From positions 34,177 to 98,176 of the forward strand of contig CAXHJY010001471.1 of NCBI GenBank assembly GCA_964016885.1: DNA of 64,000 nt. The letters run 5' to 3'. The translations under genes were made by a program, and so were the position numbers. Below the pieces are notes generated by a model. The model was not told where the DNA came from. It was given only the letters and a program-made list of their open reading frames with translations, and searched no databases. The DNA is from Eledone cirrhosa. Taxonomy: Eukaryota. How positions within the stretch are numbered: the stretch's first letter is position 1; every line of letters starts with the position of its first letter. Positions 40,538 to 53,660 of this stretch are shown one piece after another.

Positions 40538-40631
40538 ACCCCTTGAGAAGATCGGCTATTTAAATACCAGGATAAATTTTCATTTAGTCCAGAATTAGCC
40601 GTCGAAACGGCTTGAGCTCAGCTGTCGGGGT
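40538..40631 (+). ncRNA. Type I HHR in the PLE 3'UTR with U3:A8 core and long stem II
   Basis: acccc UUGAGAA gaucggcua...uagccguc GAAA cggc-uugagcuca-gcug UC ggggu. Confidence 0.75.
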
Positions 40632-40723
40632 CTTACTGGTTCCTATTATCCACTCTACTACCTCAAGTATTGAGTACTTTGGTGCGTTATGGTCCACCTG
40701 GTTCCTTACCACATTTCCTTCGT

Positions 40724-40765
<42 letters not shown>

Positions 40766-42853
40766 ACAACGAACAGCGGAGGAAACGTTTTGGACTTTTC
40801 CGACAGACAACCTTCCCCCCCCCCCCCTCCGGAAAAAACCCAGTTGATGGATGTGAATCCGAAATATATAGGGACAATTAAATCTCTCTCGCGTTATTAT
40901 TTTTTTATTTTTTACGCTCTTTCCTACGTTCTTCTACACACTATACATCTCAATCTACATTCACTTACATCTCTCTCTCTCCACCACCGGACCTTGTTAC
41001 CCGGAGAATTACCCATCTGCATTGTTGAGGCTTCCAAAACGACCTAAAGAAAATATATATATATATAATACACACACACTCATATATATGTGTGTATGTG
41101 TGTGTGTGCGCGCGTGTGTGTGTATGTTTGCGTATAATTGATTCATTGTATGCGGCATGAATATATCTATATTTCTTTTATTCATTATTATTTATTCGAT
41201 TTTCTGTATTGCGGATCACTAAAATACTCCAAATAATTCGCCATCTTATTTTCAGCGAAATTGAATTTAAACGGAGAAAAGGAAAAGAAATTATCAAACA
41301 AAGTTGAAATGTTATTTGTTAGTGCAAATTCGTGACACAAAAAACGTGTGATATATAAGTATGTAGGTAGGTTGATGTGTGTATGTGTGTGCATGGATCT
41401 GCGTTAGTTTGGTTGTTTGTTTGTACATATGTATGTATGTATGTATGTATGTATATGTATGCACGTATGTATGTAGGCATATGTGTGTTTGTTTGTTTGT
41501 TTGTATGTATGTGTGTATGTATGTGTGTGTGTGTGAGTGTGTGTGTGTGTGTATGGTTGGATGGATGTACGTTTGGGTGAATGTGTTTGCTTGCGTGTAT
41601 ATATATATATATATATACATATATATATGTGTGTGTGTGTGTGTACATAGTGAAATTATAGAGGGTGAAAACAAACATATAATGTATGAATAGATTTATA
41701 TATGTATGTATGCATGTATATATATATATAGAGAGAGAGGGGGGGAGACAGAGGAAAGAGAGAGAGAGGGGGTGGAGAGGGGAGAGGTAGATAGGGAGAG
41801 AGAGAAAGAGAGAGAGAGCGATTCTAAATGGTTTCCTCAGGCATTTTTTGTTTCTAATTGAATTTGTTGCTAATTGAATTTGATTTGCTGGAGAGATCTA
41901 ATAGCATCGAAACATGCTCATCATTTTAGCCAATTGTTGCATATTCACTACATTGTCATAACCTCTTGAAACCAAATTTATATCAAGCGAGATTTTATGG
42001 TTGTTCACTCTTGTTTGCTCACGGGAGTTAAACATTCCCAAAAATATTTTAGTATAGAAACTGTAAAGATAATCTCAGTTGTTTAGCAAATTCGAAAAGC
42101 AAAAATCATATGGGCCTCCATCCAATGTATTGTAGTTGTAATTCCGTGTATAGCAAGTTAATCTGAGTTTTCCAAGAAACTGTGTAAAGGGTGTAAGTTT
42201 TATAGTGTATACAACAACTATAACACAGCATTTTGTTGATCGAACAAGTGAAAATATCATCGTGGAAACCGACGGATGGTTCACTTACAAAGATGTGTGA
42301 CAGAGTAAGCTAAAGACAATATATTTGTTTGAATAATTTTGAAAGCAATGTGTAGGAGGATGCATAATCACGAATGTGCTGCAATATAAACGCAGTAATT
42401 GGCGAAGATATGTGAGCGAATGGCTATAGGGAATTTAGTATTCTCCTGCAGAAGGAAAACCTATTTTAAATGAAGCAACGATGTAAGCGGTCGCATATAT
42501 TGAAGACATTGTCGATGTTCATGTGTCAAGGATGTAAGTGGCAACGTATACGGAAGAAATAGTCAATATATACAACGTATCAATGTATCATTGGCCATAA
42601 TTGAAAGGTGTACGCATGTGCATATAGATACATTCACATGGTGTATATATGTATATATATAGCTACCTATATATATATATGTGTGTGTGTGTAAGCATGT
42701 ATACATCAATTTGATTGTCCATTTGAAATTACACGTGTGTTGCACGCATGTATAAGTGCATATGTGCATGTTCGTGTATGTTTCTATGAGTGCAGGAGTC
42801 TGTAGGCTTGTTTGTGCGTGGCTTTTCTTTGCGTTTCTACGTGTGTGTGTATG

Positions 42854-42933
<80 letters not shown>

Positions 42934-42935
42934 TC

Positions 42936-43019
<84 letters not shown>

Positions 43020-43467
43020 GCATGCCGTGTATACTATGTACGCTACATGAAATTATCTGCGTGCCTACATGTGCGTGCATGCATGTGCGTGCATGTGTGT
43101 GCGTGCATGCCTGCGTATGTCTGTGTGTGTGATTGAGTATATAAACGTACGGTTTTCTAAACAGCTATAGGATTTCCATTAGTCAATGTACAGATAGCTT
43201 CCTCTAACTGTAATGCTGACTAGGTAGTGATTGGTTTTCGTTCATTTCAGATTTGTTCAAATCTTTACACGGTAATTGATACACAGTTTCAAGTAATTAT
43301 TAGTTTCCTATGTGCCTGCAGGCGTTCAAGTGAAAGTATTAATACTTAGGCCTGGTGATTGTAAATTTTCATTACTGACGCAGCCCGATGGTTAAACCAC
43401 CAATGATTTCCTTCGACAGAATAAAAAAGAAAAGCTTACAAAACTTAACAGACTGAAATTATATCGT

Positions 43468-43948
43468 TTTGTTGTGGTTGTTGTTGTTGTTGTTGTTGTT
43501 GTAGCTGTTACTGATGTTGTTGTTGTTGTTGTTGTTGTTGTTGCTGATGTTACTGTTGTTGTTGTTGCTGTTACGGTTGTTGTTGTTGCTGTTGTTGTTA
43601 CTGTTGTTGTTGTTGTTGTTGTTGTTGTTGTAGCTGTTACTGTTGTTGTTGTTGCTGTTGTTGTTGCTGTTGTTGTTGTTGCTGTTGTTGCTGTTGTTGT
43701 TGTTGTTGCTGTTGTTGTTGTTGTTGTTGTAGCTGTTACTGTTGTTGTGGTTGTTGTTGTTGTTGTTGTTGTTGTAGCTGTTGCTGTTGTTGTTCTTGTT
43801 CTTGTAGTTGCTGTGGTGGTTGTTGTGGCTGCTGCTACTGCTGCTGTTGTTGTTGTTGTTGTTGTTGTTGTAGTTGTAGATGTTGGAACTGCTGCTGCTG
43901 TTGTGTTGGTGTTGCTGTTGTTGTTGTTGTAGCTGTTACTGCTGTTGC

Positions 43949-43993
<45 letters not shown>

Positions 43994-44009
43994 AGCTATT
44001 GTTACTGAT

Positions 44010-44040
<31 letters not shown>

Positions 44041-44822
44041 TAGCTGCTGTTTTCGCTGCTGCTGTTGTTGTTGTTTGTCTAGCTACTGTTGCTGTTGCTG
44101 TTGTTGTTGGTGATGGTGATGTTCTTGATGATGTTGTTGTTGATGTAATTTCTGCTACTGCTGTTGTTGTTGTTGTTGTAGCTGATGTTACTGCTGTTGT
44201 TGTTGGTGATGTTCTTGATGATGTTGTTGATGGTGCTATTGTTGTTGTTGTTGCTGCTGCTGCTACTGTTGCTGCTGTTGATGTTGTTGATGATGATGTT
44301 GGTGATGATGTTGTTGGTAGTGCTATTGTTGTTGTTGTTGCTGCTGCTGCTGCTGCTCCTGTTGCTGCTGTTGATGTCGTTGGTGATGATGTTGTTGATG
44401 GTGCTATTGTTGTTGTTGTTGTTGTTGCTGCTGCTACTGTTGCTGCTATTGATGATGCTGTTGTTCATATTGTTGTTGCCGCTGCTACTTGCTGCTGTTG
44501 ATGATGATGATGTTGCTGTTGTTGGTGAAAAAGAAAGAACTTCGAGTGCGCAAAAAAAAAAAAAACAACAAAAACAAAAATCTGGAGGAATCGGAACGGC
44601 AAGAAGAAGAAGAAGAAGAAGAAGAAGAAGAAGAAGAAGAAGAAGAAGAAGAAGAAGAAGAAGAAGAAGAAGAAGAAGAAGAAGAAGAAGAAGAAGAAGA
44701 AGAAGAAGAAGAAGAAAGAAAGAAAGAAGAAGAAGAAGAAAAAGAAGAAGAAGAAGAAGAAGAAGAAGAAGAAGAAGAAGAAGAAGAAGAAGAAGAAGAA
44801 GAAGAAGAAGAAGAAGAAGAAG
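43468..44822. repeat. Imperfect (GTT/GCT/GAT)n tract followed by (GAA)n
   Basis: Direct observation. Confidence 0.95.
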
Positions 44823-44886
44823 ATATAGTAATAAGGAAGCGCTGTAAAATGATACTCAGAGAAGATAAGCAGTGTTTGGCTTTAAC

Positions 44887-44977
<91 letters not shown>

Positions 44978-45128
44978 TATATATATATATATGTATACAT
45001 ATATATATACATATATAAACATGCATATATATATATATGCATGTATGTATGCGTGTATGTATGTGTGTGTCCCTGTGTGCATATATATATATATATATAC
45101 ATACACATATATATATATATATATATGT

Positions 45129-45166
<38 letters not shown>

Positions 45167-45732
45167 ACAGGAAGATATGCTGTGCTGTTTGTTGTTAAGT
45201 TTCCCCAGGTAGCTCACGAAAGAACCTATTGTGTAGCTTCAGACAATTTGGGCATTCGAAGTTAGCATTCAGAATCCATACATGCTAAACCAGTGAAGCA
45301 TGGATGCAATTTCTGGCCAGATAGGAAATTTCGATAGCTTCAAGTTTCACGATAAAAGGCATCATTAAAAGTAATTGGCTACATTTTGGAGTTCTTGCAA
45401 TGCTAACAATATGTTAAGGAACGCTGTGCATAATGCAAAAAAAAAAAAGAAATCCAAGTAAAACTGTGTATAAGAAAGAGAAAGAGAGATTATCGTTGTG
45501 ATTAAGACATGAATAAACGGCATATCGAACTGGGAAACTGAAAGGAATCGGTTGTGACAAGACAAGAAAGAAGAAAAGTAAATTCATTCGACTTCCCACA
45601 ATTCAGATATTTGTGGCCAGTATAATTTGTTTCCTCTTCTTTATATATATATATATGTGTGTACGTATATATATATATATGTGTGTGTGTGTGTATGTGT
45701 ATGTGTGTGTACATATGTATCTATGCATGTAC

Positions 45733-45782
<50 letters not shown>

Positions 45783-45808
45783 TATATATAAATATATATA
45801 TATATATA

Positions 45809-45991
<183 letters not shown>

Positions 45992-46181
45992 TATTGCTTA
46001 GCATTTGTTCTTGATGTATGTTCAGATTTCAAGTATTTGGAGGTACTGTTTACTTATTTGCATATACGTATATATATACGTATATATATATGTGTGTGTG
46101 TGTGTCTATATATATATATACACATACGCGCATACACGCTCACGTATGTGTGTGTGCGTGTGTGCGTGTGTGTATATATAT

Positions 46182-46261
<80 letters not shown>

Positions 46262-46339
46262 CTTCTTGTTCTTTGCCCACCTATTCCTAGTAGAGTTGTA
46301 GTGTCAAGTTTGTAAAGAAAAAGAAATCGTCAGCTAAAT

Positions 46340-46389
<50 letters not shown>

Positions 46390-47324
46390 GTACTGGTAGG
46401 TATATATATGTATATATGTATTGGTAGGTATATATATGTATATACATATATGTATATATGTATGTATTGATCTATGTATGTATGTTGATAAGTATGTATG
46501 TATGTATGTATGTACGTATATAAGTATATATGGATATATATATATATATGGATGTATATAGGTATATATGTATGGATGTATGTATGTATGGATGGATGTA
46601 TGTATGTATGTATGTATATATGTATGTATGCATATATGTATGTACGTATGTACGTATGTAACTATGTATATATGTATGCAATTGTGTAACTATATATGTA
46701 CATATGTATGGATGTATGTATGTATGTATGTATGTATGTATGTATGTATGTATGTATGTATGTATGTATGTATGTATGTATGTATGCATGTATGTATGTA
46801 CGTATGTACCTATGTAACTATGTATATATGTATGTATGCAAGTATGTATGTACGTATGTAACTATATATGTACATAAGTATGGATGTATGTATGTATGTA
46901 ACTATATATATATATATATATATATATGTATGCATGTATATATGTACGTATGTACGTATGTAACTATGTATATATGTATGTATGCAAGTATGTATGTACG
47001 TATGTAACTATATATGTACATAAGTATGGATGTATGTATGTATGTAACTATATACATTTATATATATATGTATGCATGTATATATGTACGTATGTACGTA
47101 TGTAACTATGTATATATGTATGTATGCATGTATGTATGAATGTATATATATGCAGTAAGTATGTATGTATATATATGCATGTAAGTATGTAGATATATAT
47201 ATATATGTATGTAGATATGTTGCCCCTTGTTAATGTGAGATTTTACACTACACACCAATGAAACTCTCGCTCATGTCAATTTCTCTTTTTTGTTTCGTTT
47301 CACTTTATTCGTGTGTTTTATGAT

Positions 47325-47328
47325 TCTG

Positions 47329-47360
<32 letters not shown>

Positions 47361-47596
47361 GGTGGTGTTGTTGTTGTTGCTGCTTTGCTGTTGATGTTGT
47401 TGTTCTTGCTGTTGTTGTTGTGGTGGTGCTGGTTGTTGTTGTTGTTGTTGTGGTGGTGGTGGTGGTGGTTGTTGTTGTTGTTGTTGTGGTATGGTGGTGG
47501 TGGTGGTGGTTGCTGTTGTTGTTGTGGTGGTGCTGGTTGTTGTTGTTGTTGTTGTTGTTGTTGTTGCTTTGCTGTTGTTATTGTTGTTGCTGTTGT
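47325..47596. repeat. (GTT/GGT)n tract
   Basis: Direct observation. Confidence 0.9.
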
Positions 47597-47920
47597 CTTC
47601 ATTTTCTTTGACGCTATTTAAAGCTAATAATATAACTTCGGATTCTATTGATGCCCTCCTTCTTATTTTCTTACATCGTAAATTCAGCACTCTTTGATTT
47701 TTTATTGCCAATTGTTTGCGAACGGATGGAAAACATGGAACATTCTATAAGGTGTTTGATAATATAACTGTTAATAAAACAGCAGCAAACCCTGTATATG
47801 GGTGAGTTAATTTCACTTCATTATTTGATGAATATTCACCTCAAATCAGTAGTTCAAATACGTCGATTCTTTAGTTTAAATACTAGCTGGGCAAATTCAT
47901 TCTTGTGCAGCTCCCCTGGG

Positions 47921-47966
<46 letters not shown>

Positions 47967-47987
47967 ATATATATATGCATATATGTA

Positions 47988-48048
<61 letters not shown>

Positions 48049-48231
48049 GTGTGTGTTTGTGTAATATATATATATATATATATATATCCACACAGTGTAT
48101 TGGTTTGTAACATTAAGTTACTAACGGGTCGCCAATTTGAGGTGTCATTGCTAATATAGGGATCCGACTGCCGCTGTCGGTTTCTACGATTCTTCATCAC
48201 CAGTTTTCGTATCTGTAACAAGAGTCTGAAT

Positions 48232-48418
48232 AATAATAATTGTTTCTACTTTTGGCACAAGGCCAGCAATTATCCCAGTGTATTACTGGTACTTTATTTT
48301 ATCGACCCCGTAAGGATGAAAGGCAAAGTTAACCTCGGCGGGATTTGAACTCAGACCATAAAGGGCCGTAACTCTATGCTGAAAAGCATGGCGTCCGTCC
48401 CTCTACCGATACTGCCAA
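48232..48418 (-). mobile_element. Nin/Deu-domain SINE
   Basis: Reverse complement homologous to 23476-23655. Confidence 0.8.
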
Positions 48419-48450
48419 TCCAAAGCAGGAACGAAGTATCAATATTACAT

Positions 48451-48507
<57 letters not shown>

Positions 48508-48609
48508 GAAAACGAAATTTCATTTCTCACTCTTAGTATGGCACTTACTTAAATGTAAGTATGCATGTATACGTACATTCATATATGTATACAGACGTAC
48601 AGTAGCATG

Positions 48610-48659
<50 letters not shown>

Positions 48660-48823
48660 TATATACATATGCATACAGGTACACATACATATATGCACGT
48701 ATCAGTTTAGCGGCGCTTATTATAACGTCGCTTTGTTCGTTTGTAAACAAACTGAAAAGCCTGAATTTATGCCATACGGTGTTAAGGCAACCACGTCACC
48801 TTTTAGTTCAACACTGACACAGG

Positions 48824-48868
48824 AACGATGTACTAGTTTCAAGCTTGTTAGCTATCATCAGCACCGTT
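48824..48868 (-). ncRNA. Minimal type I HHR, monomer 1
   Basis: aacggug CUGAUGA uagc-uaacaa-gcuu GAAA c-ua-g UA caucguu. Confidence 0.8.
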
Positions 48869-49105
48869 TACCCATCTGCCAGATAGTTGAACGTTCGAAA
48901 GTATATACTTTCCTTATGAAAATTAACGGCTGAGCAGCCTAATTTGCATATTGAGTGAGTTAAATCGGTCAGGCATACCGAAAACGATAAATTGAAACAA
49001 AATGAAAACGAAATTTCATTTCTCACTCTTAGTATGGCACTTACTTAAATGTAAGTATGCATGTATACGTACATACATATATGTATACAGACGTACAGTA
49101 GCATG

Positions 49106-49175
<70 letters not shown>

Positions 49176-49339
49176 TATATACATATGCATACAGGTACAC
49201 ATACATATATGCACGTATCAGTTTAGCGGCGCTTATTATAACGTCGCTTTGTTCGTTTGTAAACAAACTGAACAGCCTGAATTTATGCCATACGGTGTTA
49301 AGGCAACCACGTCACCTTTTAGTTCAACACTGACACAGG

Positions 49340-49384
49340 AACGATGTACTAGTTTCAAGCTTGTTAGCTATCATCAGCACCGTT
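49340..49384 (-). ncRNA. Minimal type I HHR, monomer 2
   Basis: Identical to monomer 1 HHR, 516 bp away. Confidence 0.8.
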
Positions 49385-49621
49385 TACCCATCTGCCAGAT
49401 AGTTGAACGTTCGAAAGTATATACTTTCCTTATGAAAATTAACGGCTGAGCAGCCTAATTTGCATATTAAGTGAGTTAAATCGGTCAGGCATACCGAAAA
49501 CGATAAATTGAAACAAAATGAAAACGAAATTTCATTTCTCACTCTTAGTATGGCACTTACTTAAATGTAAGTATGCATGTATACGTACATACATATATGT
49601 ATACAGACGTACAGTAGCATG

Positions 49622-49659
<38 letters not shown>

Positions 49660-50202
49660 TATATACATATGCATACAGGTACACATACATATATGCACGT
49701 ATCAGTTTAGCGGCGCTTATTATAACGTCGCTTTGTTCGTTTGTAAACAAACTGAGCAGCCTGAATTTATGCCATACGGTGTTAAGGCAACCACGTCACC
49801 TTTTTGTTCAACACTGACACAGGCATAAATTCAGGCTGTTCAGTTTGTTTACAAACGAACAAAGCGACGTTATAATAAGCGCCGCTAAACTGATACGTGC
49901 ATATATGTATGTGTACCTGTATGCATATGTATATATATATGTATATATATATATATATATATGTGCATGCTACTGTACGTCTGTATACATATATGTATGT
50001 ACGTATACATGCATACTTACATTTAAGTAAGTGCCATACTAAGAGTGAGAAATGAAATTTCGTTTTCATTTTGTTTCAATTTATCGTTTTCCGTATGCCT
50101 GACCGATTTAACTCACTCAATATGCAAATTAGGCTGCTCAGCCGTTAATTTTCATAAGGAAAGTATATACTTTCGAACGTTCAACTATCTGGCAGATGGG
50201 TA

Positions 50203-50247
50203 AACGGTGCTGATGATAGCTAACAAGCTTGAAACTAGTACATCGTT
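50203..50247 (+). ncRNA. Minimal type I HHR, inverted monomer
   Basis: AACGGTG CTGATGA TAGCTAACAAGCTT GAAACTAGTA CATCGTT is read directly on the plus strand. Confidence 0.8.
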
Positions 50248-50795
50248 CCTGTGTCAGTGTTGAACAAAAAGGTGACGTGGTTGCCTTAACACCGTATGGC
50301 ATAAATTCAGGCTGTTCAGTTTGTTTACAAACGAACAAAGCGACGTTATAATAAGCGCCGCTAAACTGATACGTGCATATATGTATGTGTACCTGTATGC
50401 ATATGTATATATATATGTATATATATATATATATGTGCATGCTACTGTACGTCTGTATACATATATGTATGTACGTATACATGCATACTTACATTTATAT
50501 ATATATATATATATATAGAATAGAATGAAACGAAATTTCATTTCTCACTCTAATGCGGCACTTACTTAAATGTAAGTATGTATGTATGTATACGTACATA
50601 CATATATGTATACAGACGTACAGTAGTATGTATATATATACATACATGCACACATATATATATGCATGTATCGGTTTACCGAACATTTATTATAATGCTC
50701 GGTTTGTTTGTTTGTAAACAAACAAACAGCCCGAATTACGCCGTACAGTGTTTAGGCAACCACGTCACCTTTTTGTTCAACACTGACACAGGGAG

Positions 50796-50834
50796 GATGT
50801 ACTAGTTTCAAGCATATTAGCTATCGTCAGCATC
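50796..50834 (-). ncRNA. Minimal type I HHR, diverged monomer
   Basis: gaug CUGACGA uagc-uaauau-gcuu GAAACUAGUA cauc. Confidence 0.7.
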
Positions 50835-51155
50835 GTATACCTTCCTGCCAGATGGTTGAACGTCTGAAAGTATATACTTTCCTTATGCATATTAACGGGT
50901 GAGCAGCCTAATTTGCATATCGAGGGAGTTCAGTCGGCATATATATATGTGTGCATGTATGTATATACATACTACTGTACGTCTGTATACACATATGCAT
51001 GTACGTATACATACATACATACTATATATATATATATATACATATAGATCATGGGGTTAAACAGAGATGTGCGGACCACATTATGGTCTGTTGGTTGTGA
51101 AGCAGATAAAAAGAAGCGCTCAACAACCTGTATAAATGGTGCAAGACGGTGCATT

Positions 51156-51335
51156 TGGCAGTATCGGTAGAGGGTCGGACGCCATGGTTTGACGCATAGA
51201 GTTACGGCCCTTGTCATTCTGAGTTCAAATCGCGCCGAGGTTAACTTTGCCTTTCATCCTTACGGGGTCGATAAAATAAAGTACCAGTAATGTACTGGGT
51301 AATTTCTGGCCTTGTGCCAATAGTAGAAACAATTA
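51156..51335 (+). mobile_element. Nin/Deu-domain SINE
   Basis: Homologous to 23476-23655. Confidence 0.8.
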
Positions 51336-51781
51336 TATATTAGTAAAAGATGGGAGGTCATATTCAGTTTATTTAGGTTTATTTAAAACTTCGTTATACA
51401 TATTTCACTGAGGACTATCGGCAAAACCTAAAAGAAACATTGAGAGTTCCTATGAAACCTTTAAATTTGGAAAAATTCCAATAATTTCGCCGAAGAGGAA
51501 TTTTTTTTTCCATGATACAGGGGGCCGGCCGAACGCGAGTAGTCCTCGGTGAAATATGTATAACGGAGTTTTCAATAAATCTGAATCAACTAAATATGAC
51601 CTCCGATCTTTTACTTATATATATATATATATGTGTGTGTGTGTGAGTGTGTGTATATTAATGAACTAGAGATCCGACCTCGTGTGCGTCGGCTTCAGCT
51701 TGTAACCTGTCCATGGTTCTTCATAAATATGTGTGTGTGCGTGTGTGTACGCGCGTGAGTGCGGGCGTGTGTGTGTGTGTG

Positions 51782-52238
51782 TTAGGGTGGTGAAAATATA
51801 TTTGCGATTTTATTTCTAAATTTGATGATTATTTTGAAATAAACTTTTATTTAACTACGTTTATGTAATGTATCATTTTAAAGAACAGATTTTTGGTCTA
51901 TTGATTTATGGTAATGGTTTCGCTTATACAGCTTTAGCTTGTTTATTTCTGGCAGTCAAATTACAGATGGAAGGAAAGAAAAGTCGATTGATTCTATTTT
52001 ATTATTCTAAAATAATAGGGAAAGCAACAGAAACTTCTGGCCGGTTAATGAACGTAGAGTTCAAAATTCGTTCAAAATATTTCGTAGTGAAGGTAAGAAT
52101 CTTGAAGAAAGCTCGTGGATGACATTCTGTAATTCGCATTCTGTAATTGTAAAACAATTGGGGGGGGGCCATTCTTGAAGCATATCCACATAGATCAACT
52201 CAAAATATTGCATAAGAATTAAATGTTGACCCTTAAGT
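51782..52238 (+). mobile_element. Degenerate mariner transposon 5' end (TIR plus transposase HTH region)
   Basis: TTAGGGTGGTGAAAATATATTTGCG resembles Hsmar1-type TIRs. Remnant MEGKKSRLILFYY..GKATET...FRSE..NLEE...STQNIA.ELNVD. Confidence 0.65.
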
Positions 52239-52513
52239 CTGAAAAGTCGAAAGTCTGTCTTAAGCCAGATGTCTCATTAGGGCGGTGCTTATACCGGTTG
52301 CATGGCGTGAAGCTACTTCCCCCTGGACAAGGCGTCAGTCCATCGCAGGATTAAACCTCCAGCTATTGCTGGTACTCCTTTTCAGCTGAGTATACTGGAG
52401 CAACGTGAAATGAAATGTTTTGCTCAAAGAACACAACACGCAACCCAGGAATCTAACCCACAACATTGCGATCGTAAGTCCAACACCCTTACCACTAAGC
52501 CACGTGTCTCCAC
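52239..52513 (-). mobile_element. Second tRNA-derived SINE family, 12-bp TSD TGACCCTTAAGT
   Basis: A-box GGCTTAGTGGTAAGG, B-box-like GGTTAGATTCC, and CCTGCGATGGACTG domain. TSD at 52227-52238 and 52514-52525. Confidence 0.8.
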
Positions 52514-52559
52514 TGACCCTTAAGTACCTATTTATTATTCGACTACATAAAGGTAGGGA

Positions 52560-52768
52560 ATTGGCGGAGTCGTTAGCGCGTCGGAAAAATATGTAGCGGC
52601 ATTTGTTCTGGCTCTTTACGTTGTGAGTTCATTTCCCACCGAGCTTAACTTTGTCTTCCATCCTTACTCGGTCGATGAATTAAAGTACCAATCCTGAACT
52701 GGGTCGATCCAATCAACTTTCTCCTCACCAAAATTACTGGTCCTGTGCCTAAAGTAGAAGTCATTATT
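52560..52768 (+). mobile_element. Diverged Nin/Deu-domain SINE
   Basis: GAGTTCATTTCCC...CTTCCATCCTTACTCGGTCGATGAATTAAAGTACC. Confidence 0.7.
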
Positions 52769-53319
52769 TGCACTACATCCAAAATTAAAAAATGTTACAA
52801 CTTACAGAAATATTAAGCAATGTAAAGACCGACGGAACCATTGTTTTCTTAATCGGATCTGACAATCGGTCCCTTTCCTCCCGATGAATGTTCAATCCAT
52901 ATTATTTTTTGAAAACGTAAAATGCTATCAGCTACGACATTCTGTGCTCTAATATTTAGCTATTCATTATATATTCCTTGTGAATCTTAAACATTGTGTA
53001 AGAAGTTCTCTTTGCAGTCATTAGGTCCTATGTTCGATTCCACTACTGGGCAACTTGGGCAAATGTCATTAACTATAGCTCATTCCTTATAAGTGAAATT
53101 AGCCCGTCGCACATGGATCATACCTGTAATTCAATAGGCCATTCGAATTCTCTGACAATACCATTCCTGTAGAATGCTCAGTCATTTACACGTAAATTTA
53201 ACGAGCAGACTGCTCCATTGATCGAACAACTGGAACAGTCATTGTAAAAACCGACGGAGGTTCATCCGCATCTTCAACAATGACTTAGTTCTACAACCCA
53301 ATGAAAGATTCTCTTTGAC

Positions 53320-53660
53320 CACATTGTTAGGATTTACTGCCATAATTTAAAGGCATTTATGTCGACAGTTTAATAGGAAACTTGGGCACAATTAATGCGA
53401 TCTATGGTCACTATTAAATGCTGGCTATGGCCATAATTGAATAAGAAGTAAGATTTCAATTTAATACGATCTATGTCCAAAATGCAATGCGATCTATGCT
53501 ACAATTTGATACCATCTATGACCACAGTTTAATATCATTTATGGTCATACATTAATACAACCTATGACCTCATCTCATACTGTCTATAAACTGAGGTTAA
53601 TACAACCTATGGTCACAATATCTGGTCACACCTTTATAGGATTTATGACCACAATTTAAT
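53320..53660. repeat. Degenerate ~22-bp minisatellite (TTTAATACGATCTATGACCACA-like)
   Basis: Recurring CTATGGTCAC/CTATGACCAC at ~22-bp period. Confidence 0.65.

Larger units (their letters stand above)
48498..50940. repeat. Tandem/inverted array of ~500-bp HHR-bearing monomers (retrozyme-like)
   Basis: Monomers at 48498-48993, 48994-49509 and partial 49510-49821; inverted copies at 49822-50496; a diverged copy at 50518-50940. Confidence 0.9.

Noticed and set aside
48498-50940. CRISPR-like array
   Set aside because: The units are ~500-bp full repeats without unique spacers, the context is eukaryotic, and no cas genes are present.
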